DNA from: Marsupella aquatica
Lineage: Eukaryota; Plantae; Marchantiophyta
NCBI GenBank assembly: GCA_973895155.1
Contig: OZ316897.1
Span: forward strand, 1,018,515 to 1,082,514
Direction of reading: 5' to 3'
DNA: 64,000 bases
Position numbers and translations under genes: made by a program. Each line of letters starts with the position of its first letter. Within the stretch, counting starts at the first letter, position 1. Below, in pieces: positions 36,513-46,100 of the stretch. The notes under the pieces are model-generated. The model did no database searches and was not told the DNA's origin. It saw only the letters and a program-made list of their open reading frames with translations.

Positions 36513-38136
36513 CTAATGCCATGGAATGTCTGGAGCTAGAAGAGGGAAAGGTGCTATGACCTTTCTACAGTGATAAACCCAACTCCAAAGGTCAGGAGTC
36601 TTAATCGTGGGTAGTCTCAACTTGTCGATAGGTAGCCATAGAATACCACGAGAAATTGGAACCATGTCGTAGGTGTGTGGAAAAGGAAAAGACTCACGAC
36701 CAAACATAAGTGGAGGTAAAGCAGGTGCAATTGGAGGAGTGCGTGCGTCAATGAGTGACGTAATCATCCTATCAAACTGGGCGGGAAAGACAAAAAGAGG
36801 CTCAATGTCGGAAACAAAAGAGATAATAGGAGGCTGAGACATCAGAGGAGTAGGAGCTATAAATGGTACACTGGGAGGCTCTACAGGCTCAGGAATAGGT
36901 TCATCTCCTTCCCTGGTAGGAGAGGGCAATGAATCATCAAGGGGTGATAGGGTGGTATCCTCAATGGAGCAAATGGATCTGGAGGGGGTACTGGTGAAGG
37001 GGGTAAAGGCTTAGGGGTAAATGATGGAGGGATAGGGGAATTGATAATAGGGGAAGGAATGGGATCAGGTAGAGGGGCAGTAGGTATGGATGGAGGAGGG
37101 AGTGAAGGATCAACAATAGGTACCTCCAGCTCATCTACATCCATAGGGTGATCAGGCTGTGGTGAAGGTGCAGGGGGTGAAACATGAGGGCGTGGGGCGG
37201 TACGAGACTCGGAAAGCAAAGAATGAATACAGTCAAGTAATTGCAGAGGAGTACAACTCAAGAGTCTAGTGGCCTCATCTACCAAATGCTGGTTGAAACC
37301 AGCCACACTAGCTAGTTGCTTAGCATCACCAACAAAATCAGTCCATGACGGGTAAGAAGTGGAAGCAACAAAAGAGGGAGTTCAAGCATCCCTGGTAAAT
37401 CCGGTGCTGTCGTTTGCTCCACTGGAGGGGGTCTCGGAGATGTCGTCGGTGGTGGAGTCAACTCTCTCGCTAACTCTGGCTGAGGGAGCTCAAAGTGTCT
37501 CGCTCTCCTCCTCCAATCGCTCAGCTCCACTGGTAACAAGCAGCCTCTCAAAAAGTAAATGTGCACCAAGTAGGGTGTCAGATATGTATCACCGGTAGTA
37601 GATAGGATAGCCACCTGCTTGGCAATCACCTCCGAAAGAGCTAAGGCCCAGTTGATCCTCCTCTTGCCGGTCCATGAAACAATGATAGACCTGGTCAAGT
37701 AAACCATAGCCCTGGTGGGTTTGGTCGGATGAAAGATAGGTACAAGGAATCGGAGTAGATGAGCTAACTCCCGGTTCATGCACTGATCAATCTTCCAACC
37801 AGACCTCCGGTCCCTGGTACCTCTAAAGTAGGGGACAGTCAAGTCCTCCCCAACGGAAATCAGTCTCTCTCCCTCCTGGCTCAACTGGTACACCTCAGAA
37901 ACAATGGTGGCGGTACAAACATCAACTGAACCTCTAGTAGAGCTCCGGAAAGTGCCAGCTTGGGGTGGACGAAGAAAATCGGCAATGATGGACCCATGCA
38001 CCATATCCCAAGGAAGAAAAAGTAAGGAACTCAAACCCATCTCTACCAGGTTACTAAGGAGTCTAAAGTAAGCCTTAGGACCTGGGGGTAAGGTCACCCT
38101 AATGGCCTTACTAATTGGTAAGCTTCTGGTGGCCAT
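36513..38136 (-). pseudogene. Element B protein: same conserved domain as element A, followed by a very Pro-rich tail; frameshifted
   Basis: ORFs 37312-38136, 36881-37306 and 36513-36929. MGLSSLLFLPW / PYFRG..SGW / FLVPIFHPTKPTR / INWA / LTPYLVHIY align with element A MGCESLMELPW / PYFKG..DGF / FLLPLLYPEKPRR / VNWA / LSCYLAHLY. Confidence 0.7.
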
Positions 38137-41100
38137 AGCTCAGAAAATCTGAGAAAGCTCGAGAGCTCTCCTCCTAAAAACGGTTAAGCGTCGAGGCTCA
38201 AGAATGAAATCTCAGGGATCTAAGGTAGTTGTGCTGTTGTGAAAGAAGAAATGAACTAAAAAGAGATAGAAATGAAGGAGTTCTGATCAGGCAAAGCTCT
38301 CAAAATTGCAATTTCTTCAATTTCAAGAAATCAGAGAGCATCGATGACCCAATACTCCTCAATGTCTTATCAATGGCAGTTCAGAATTGGGGTGAACATT
38401 CTCTAGGCAGTTGCGCTACTATAGCAAGTGGAATGAGATCGAATGGAGGTCTAACAAGAGAGCACTAAGGATCAAAGCTCGCGCCCTACTGCCGGCCTCC
38501 ATGGACGTCCCTCGAAGAAAAGAAAAAATGATCAGGCCGGCGCGGACGTCAAATTAGGTCGTGGCGGGGTGGACGTCCCGGACGTCCCTACGTAGAGGCC
38601 GTCCAAGACGTCCTCGAGTTTTTCATGCGGGCCAGCGCGGAAAGAGTCGGCCGTCCTTGGCAAAAAATGGTTGCCATCCCGGCCGTCCCTGTGTGGAAGC
38701 CGTCCAAGCCGGCGCCGTCTTTGTCGTCTTTGTGAGGAAGTCATCCAGGACGGTTGCCGTCCTGGCCGTCCCTGTGTAGAGGCCGTCCAAGCCGGCACCT
38801 CATTTTTGAATCTTCTTTCAACTTCTTGCCGTCTTGACGCTTACTATGTGAAAACCAGGGTGGCCTTGACGTCTTCCAATGGTATCCTTACCCATTTGAG
38901 CTTAAACTAACTTAATTTTGCTTAAAGGGCTTATAAAAACTTAAAATTTAAAAATTTTATGATTTTGATACTTTAACTCTCCTTTTGGAATAATCACCTA
39001 ATTATAGTCAGCCCAGCACCAGCTCTCGCCATCCATTCCTTTTGCTTGACCATAAATCTTGCGTGCTCCTAATGCCCAACCACAAAGGACAGTCACTGAT
39101 TCCCTATCGCAAGTGCTCCACGCCTGCGTACCCTTTAAACACCGGAGCACATCACCAATCGCCCATCTACCAGGTATCCTCTCTGAGGGACAGAAAATCA
39201 GATTGGTTCTCAGCAATTCCCAGGCCTTCCAGAGATCCCCCGTATATGCCATTCCGTGGAGTGCCCCGGGGCAGCCCAGTACCATCTTGTCACGGAAGGT
39301 ATATCCATTCCTCCCGCCATTCCTCCGCACCACTTTATAGTTAGTCCAACCAATCCGATTAAGATTTTCTGCAAACATTCTGGCCCATTCCGTATCCGGG
39401 TAATCCATTGCACAGGTAAACCATTTTGATAACAGCGCATCCGAGTGACTTTGGAAATCCTTGAACCCCAGTCCGCCATCCATCTTGGGACGTGAAAGAC
39501 GTGCCCAGGAAACAAGCAAAACTCGCTTACCCCCTTCATTGTTATAGCCCCATAAAAAATCCCTGCACAATGCAGTCATTTTCCTAGCCAAACCAGCGGA
39601 CGCTTTTAAAAACATTATATGATAAATTGGAATTGCTTGAAGAATGTGCCTAATCAGAAGAGAACGTCCCTTAAAAGTAAGCATTTTGTTTGACCAAGAA
39701 GATAGCCTCTTCCCAATTTTATCAAGACAAAAACTATGCAGTTGTTCAGTTCTCAAATCCACCCCTAGAGGTGCACCCAGATATTTCTGTAACTCTCCTT
39801 TCTTACTAATCACACATCCAGTGGCTCTCAACCATACTGGAATGCTCATCATTGCTAGCGGGATAACAATAGATTTACGCAGATTCAATCTTGCCCCCGT
39901 GGCCAATTCATAACACTGTAGCACCGCTGTTGCTTTCAGAAAACTCCTCTCCTTAGCCAGGATAAACATCCCCAAGTCATCAGCAACAAATCTATAGCAT
40001 ATCCTCAAGTCTGCCGAGACTTGAATGCCCTCTAAATGCCCAGCCTCAATCTCAGCATCCATAAAATCCATTAAAGGCTGAGTTGATATCACAAATAGGA
40101 GAGGTGAAAGAGGGCAGCCCTGCCTAACTCCCTTCAATAGTCCAATCTCAGAGGAAAGCAGCCCATTCACATAAATGCGTGAAGATGCCTCTTGTAATAG
40201 CGCCTTGACTAGTTTTATGAACGTTCCACTTATCCCCAGCAAGTGCATGGTTTCCCAAATATAGCTCTGATCCACCCTGTCAAACGCCTTCTCAAAGTCT
40301 AGCTTAAGGAAAAGTGATTCAACCTTCCTGTTTTTCACCCAGTCAAACTGAGAGTCAAACATTAGCCAAGCCAACAAAATGTTCTCCACGAGGTTCTCCA
40401 GTATATTTCTCCCAGGGATGAACCCTGTTTGTTGAGGACTAATAATCCTTGGTAGGATTCGAATTAGCCTTAATGCCAGTAGCTTTGCAATCAGCTTGTA
40501 TACTGTGTTCAGCATAGTAAGAGGCCGTCAATCCCTAAGATACTGCTTATCCGGTTTCTTTGGAATAAACTTAATCATCCCCTCTTTAATCCCTGCAGCT
40601 AAGTTCCCTGTTAGCCAAAATTCTTGCACCATTGCTACCAGGTCGTCCTGCATGAACACCCAGCAGGCCTGGTAAACCTCTGTTGTCATCCCATCTGGTC
40701 CTGGGGCCTTATCTCTGGGTAGCATCCACAAGACTTCTTTGATTTCTTCTTTTGTTGGCAGCCCTTCCAACATTTGCATTTCCGTAATTGTCAACACACA
40801 CCTTGTGTGCGCCAGCAATCTGCTACGCTCATTCAACAATTCCATCCGTTCCCGCCTAGATGGCTCCTTAGGCGCATATAACTCCTTACATGTCTTCTCT
40901 ACTTCTCCCAATATCATCATTGGATCTGTGATCACCCTGCCATTGTCCACCGTGAGGCTCCTCATTGCCTCCCGTTCTCTTTTCGCCTTTACAGTTGCGA
41001 AATAAAATCTCGAAGGTTCCTCCCCCTCACCCAACCATTTAATTCGTGCTAACCTTCGTCCTCTGTGTGCCTCCTCCAGTTCTGCAGCATGTACTTGATC

Positions 41101-42846
41101 TTCCATATCGATGTAGTCTCTCAACTCCTCGTCTATGTATTCATCCAGAATCTCCATTTTCAACACACGAAGCTGATTTCTTAAAAGTAGCATTTCTCCC
41201 TCTTTCTCTTTAGGCATCGCTTGCTTCTCAATGTATTTACTCCTCATATTCCTGCAGGCCTTGTCAAAGGCAAGAATAGGTTCAGTACAGTCACCCTTTC
41301 CCTCCGCCCATGCCGCTCCTAGTGCTTCGACCATGCCCTCCATCCTTACCAGGGCTGGATTGGCCTTAAACAAAGATCTTCTCAGTCCCAATTTTCCCTC
41401 CTGCCTTCCTTCCATTAAACTAATGCAAATCATAACCAGGTCATGATCAGACAATGCCGATCCCCCGTCATGCACCAAATCAACCAGTTGATATATCCAG
41501 TCACCGTTCGCACTAAGATAAAACCGATCCAATTATCTCGATTGGACCAAAGACCCCATCCTGCTCCTTCTCCAGGTGTAGCGCGCCCCCCGTACCTCCC
41601 CCTTGATCAGCAAAGCATCCACCAGATTGAATCTAACTTTCAGAAATCGCCAGAACTCTGCTTCTCTTCCCTTAATCACGGGCGAATCACCATTGGAGTC
41701 CTCCCTTATGTTAAAGTCCCTGCATACAATCCAGTTCTCCTGAGGCAGATGCATTTTAAGCTCATGCCACAAAATGGCTCTAAGGCGAGCAGAATTCGGT
41801 GCGTAAACACTCAGGATACCGAATTTACAGTCCGGATACTCTACGATCGCCCATACTGCTCGCCCCCTATCCACCAGCCCGGAACCCTTCCCTTTTATAC
41901 CTTCAGATAATGAATGAATACTGGTAGGGACCAAAATTTCTGGACAAGTTTCTAGAAAACTCATCAATGACTCTGAAGTGAGTCCAACAAGACCCATAGA
42001 GGCATGGCTGTGTGATAGCTCACTCTAGTGGAAAATAGCTCACTTGAGTGGAAATTAGGTCTTGGGTTCAAATATTATGACTGACTGTTCCATTTAGGTG
42101 GGGTTTCATAGATTTTCCCTTGAAAAGAAAATGTGAGTCCACCAAGGACCCACTTCCTCTCCCAAACACATGCTCCCAAAATCCCAAAGTTCTCCAAATA
42201 AATGCACAAGTTTGCCAAAAATGAAGGTGCCTGGAAAACATATTCAAGACTTCCTCAGCAAAAGTGAAACATCTTGGCCTCCAAAAGCAGTCATCACTCT
42301 TCCCTGGTAAAAATTGACTGATGACTTTATGCAGTCCATGGGGATGAGCCAAACAAATCCCTCAGGCCATAGCTTAATACTTGCATGGCACAAGAGCCCA
42401 TTTTCAAAGCTTTCATCACAGCTAGTACAGTTGAGCAATTTCACTTTGCATATCTTGTTTCCAGTTTTTAGTCTGCAGGTGATAGCAAGCTAGGAGGGAG
42501 TCTCAAACCTTCAGGTCTGCAAAAAGATCCCTCGTCCAAAAATACCAGTTTCTAGTCTAAGGTCACAAGTGTGTAGACAAGCTTTTTGCTTTTTTGTGTC
42601 CACCATAATTTTGGTTAAGGGAAAATGACCTTGACCTTGACCGGAGGCAAAAGGGACACGTTTGAGGTGCCCTACTAGTAAAGAGAAGAAAACATTGCCA
42701 GGAAAAATGCAATGTTGCATCACAATCAGAGACATGAAAAAACTCGCTCTCTTACTCAATTGTGTCAATAAAGTGTTCTCATTTCAGAAAGTGATCTGTA
42801 TCTTTAACTCGAATAATCCAGACACAGATAATTTCCTAACCTTTTA

Positions 42847-43034
42847 AATATCCTGTCTTTCAAGGATGTAACCAAGTATTCTGTTCTAAGGAATGAATGT
42901 AATTGACTCAATATCCTGTCTTTCAAGGATGTAACCAAGTATTCTGTTCTAAGGAATGAATGCAATTAACTCAATATCCCGTCTTTCAAGGATGTAACCA
43001 AGTATTCTGTTGAAAGGAATGAATGTAATTAACT
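42847..43034. repeat. Tandem repeat, 3 x 63 bp, just 3' of the hydrolase stop codon
   Basis: ATATCC(T/C)GTCTTTCAAGGATGTAACCAAGTATTCTGTT at 42848, 42911 and 42974. Confidence 0.92.
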
Positions 43035-43140
43035 TTCCATTGTACCATACACCGTTCACAGCAGTTCATGAGTTCGTAAAGAACTAGGAACAGGAATGAT
43101 TGTCGGTCAAATTCCCAAACAGCTTGACCAAAGGTATGCA

Positions 43141-46100
43141 CTAAGAGCGAGTCGAAATTGCTTCAGATAAAAACTGCGTGAGCATGGTGTAGGATCGTGA
43201 CTGTTTAGTCCCTGGTTTACAAACCGTAAAATGACCTGAATCCATAATAGTGTAGTAATTGTCCACGTCAAATCGAGCCGATGCCTCTGGAACCACTCGG
43301 CCAATAAACCTCTGCAATGAATAATGACAGAAAAAAGGTCAGTGTGTGCTAGCCAGCTGCTCTACGACGTCAAGATTCTGGGTTGGTTAAAAATTGCCAA
43401 AACCAAAATGGCTCTAGATATATCATGGGTTTGCTTTGGCGATGAAGGTACTTCGACTTGATGCCTCAGCTGAAAATGATACTGGAAATTCAATTATATA
43501 ATGATTGTGCGGGACTTACCCCACACTTCGTGTCAAGACCCTCCGCCACCGCTGCCGTCCGTACTAATCTCCGCTGCATTCTAAACTCTTCACTGATTCT
43601 CGCCCTCTCCTTATCTATCGTTTTCAGAAGTTCTAGGATTGGACTTCTACTTGGGAGAGAACTTGCAAGATCCCCTGTCCTAGAAAAACTATGTGGGGTT
43701 GCAAAGTAGAAAACTCCTGCAAAGTTGTTCAGAAAACACATAATTCTGCTAATGGTCCCAGTGTCTCGGCCAGGGTCCATCAGAGCTCTCTGTATGATAG
43801 CCGATAGAATAAATTGCTTGAGGAGAATTCCTCCCAGGCAATGACCTACAAGGTAAACCGGGCAATTCTGGCCTATATTGCACATTCTGTCTAGTATGAT
43901 ATCCGAGACCAACATTTCCGCTGCTAAATATGCGTCAATTGCACCTGTTGCACTCACGGATAGTATCCGTGCATCAGGAAAGTCTTGGGGGATCCAATCT
44001 CTGGGCCAAATTATTTGTGTCTCATTTGGCGGGGATCTGACCGTCCAAGTCTTCCAAAATGCATTTTGAAAATCATCCGGTTGAAGACCGTGAAAAAATA
44101 TTATTTCCATCTTCGGGATCCCCTGTGGAGAGTAAAATTCCCAGACAGAGTCGTTGAGCTGCGGAGACAGTGAAAAGACAGCATTGATTCAGACGTGTTA
44201 ATGACAAATTTCGACGTCAAACTCGTTCAAAATTCGTGTCAAATTTGGTCGGATGCGAAGAAGAGTGGCACGCCGGGGAACAGTAGAGGAATTAATGGAT
44301 GCAGAATTTTTTGGTGAAGCACTGGAATGTTTAATCAGCCAATTTCTGCTTCACATTAAGTTTTAAGGGAGGGCATGTTTAGAGGTGCAAGTCTGATGTA
44401 GCGAAGTGAACATCCACGAAGCTGGAAACATCACTAACCTGTCTTATATCGGGCGGCGGGTCCACGTTGGGCCGAATCCCTGAAGTTCGCAACTTGGGCC
44501 AAAGTCGTGACATCTGCAGATCACATTAATCAAACATTCTTATATATCTGAGATGACACTCGACGTGGAACAGGAATAGATAGATAGCGTGAACCTGATC
44601 CGTTAAGTTCAGTGGCCAATTTCGGGAAGCTAGGGAAAATACTTCATGCACTTACAACCTTAAGCACCTACAGAAAAGTATGACAAATCAGTTTCCACTT
44701 TCAGAGCAAGCACATAAATCGAAGGCAGGAAATATATCTGAGATGACACTCGACGTAGCAAATCCAATCGAGCACTTTCAAGGATCACTAACCTGGGTGA
44801 TACCCGGAGGTCGGTGAGCCTGCAGGCAGGCCTGCAATTTCGTCGTGAAGCTCAGGGCGAGGTCCACGGTTCCTGCCGCCTGCAGATCCAATTCCCGGGG
44901 CAATTAGTGTCTCCAATTAAGCATTCAATATCTCAAATTTCAGTCAGGGGAAGCAGATGAGAAAGTCTGGGATTTAGTGGAGGGCACGCCGGGGAAACAA
45001 CAGACGAATCAAAGGATGCAGAATTTTCAGTGAAGCACCGAAACGTATAATCAGCCAATTTCCGCTTCAAATTAATTTTTTGAGGGAGGATCTGTTTAGA
45101 GACGCAAGTCTGATGTAGCAGTCAACACCCACAACGCTGGAGCGAACACTAACCTGTGGTATACACGATATCGGGTTCATGTCGGGTTCATGTCGGGTTC
45201 GCAACTTAGACCACCATGATCTTGACACCTGCAGATCCCATTCAAGCATTCGTCAGTGATTCCTATTTAACTGCTCGATACCGCGAACCTGATCCATTAA
45301 GTTCAGTGACAAAGTCCTTGATACGGAGAAGAGTGGCACACCGGGGAACAACAGAGGAATTAACGGACGCATAAGTTCTTTGTGAAGCACCGAAATGTAT
45401 AATCAGCCAATTTCTGCTTCAAATTAAGTTAATTTGAGGAAGGATATGTTTAGAGACGCAAGCGAAGTGAACAACCACGACGCTGGAATGCTCGACCAAA
45501 CTAAGTTCATCGATTACTAACCTGTCTTATACCGGGTGGCGAGTTCACATCGGGCAGAATCTCTGCTGTTTGCAACTCGGGCCGGAGTCTTGACACCTGC
45601 AGATCACATTAATCATGCATTTATATACGGATTCCTGTTTAATTTCTTGATAGCGCGAACCTGATCCATTAAGTTCAGTGGCCAATTTCGGGACCGAAAA
45701 TACTTCATCACTTACAACCTTAAGCAACTACAGAAAACATGACAAATCAGTTTCAACTTTCAGATCACGGAGATAAACTTGAAGGCGGGGATATATCTGA
45801 GGGGACACTAGACGTAGAAACGTGAACAACATGACGCGAATCCAGTCGAGCATTTTCAGAACTCACTAACCTCGGTTTTCCGGCGCGATAATTGGCTGAG
45901 CTCCACGGTTCCTGCCACCTGCATATCAAATTCCCGGGGCAATTAGTGTGTACAATTAAGGATCCATACTCAAAAATGTCACTGAGGGGAAGCAGACGAA
46001 CATGTCTGGGATTTAGTGGAGCATTTATGTCTACGGTACAGTCCCCAAAACTATAAAATGCCTAGAGATTCATTGCATCCAGTCCTGAATAATCGTCATG

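Larger units (their letters stand above)
24018..39006. mobile_element. Element B: TG..(C>T)A element with 5-bp TSD, ~3.2 kb once the nested Gypsy is removed; solo-LTR-like and ORF-bearing
   Basis: TSD GTCAG at 24013-24017 and 39007-39011. Starts TGTCG, ends ...TAATTATA. Shares ACTCG..TTTGTTCCCGT ~45 bp from the start, GACATGCCTCTTCA...CCTAAGTCTAAA (36209) and a homologous ORF with element A. Confidence 0.8.
23038..41910 (-). mobile_element. L1-type LINE ORF2, 5'-truncated and degenerate, in three pieces (41910-39007, 24017-23939, 23655-23038)
   Basis: Endonuclease motifs SVYAPN, (G/R)DFN, YTW, SR*LDRFYLS, SDH. RT motifs KAPGPDG, D*RPLTMLN, LKLDFEKAFDRV, GVRQGCPLSPLLF, ADD, KYLG. zf-RVT CKLC...ESIPHLFMTC. 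Removing the inserts and one copy of each TSD restores the frame GESWCWAD|NPAALRVFRISNKRAYQMLREEVG|DLQSLNRTWG. Confidence 0.93.
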
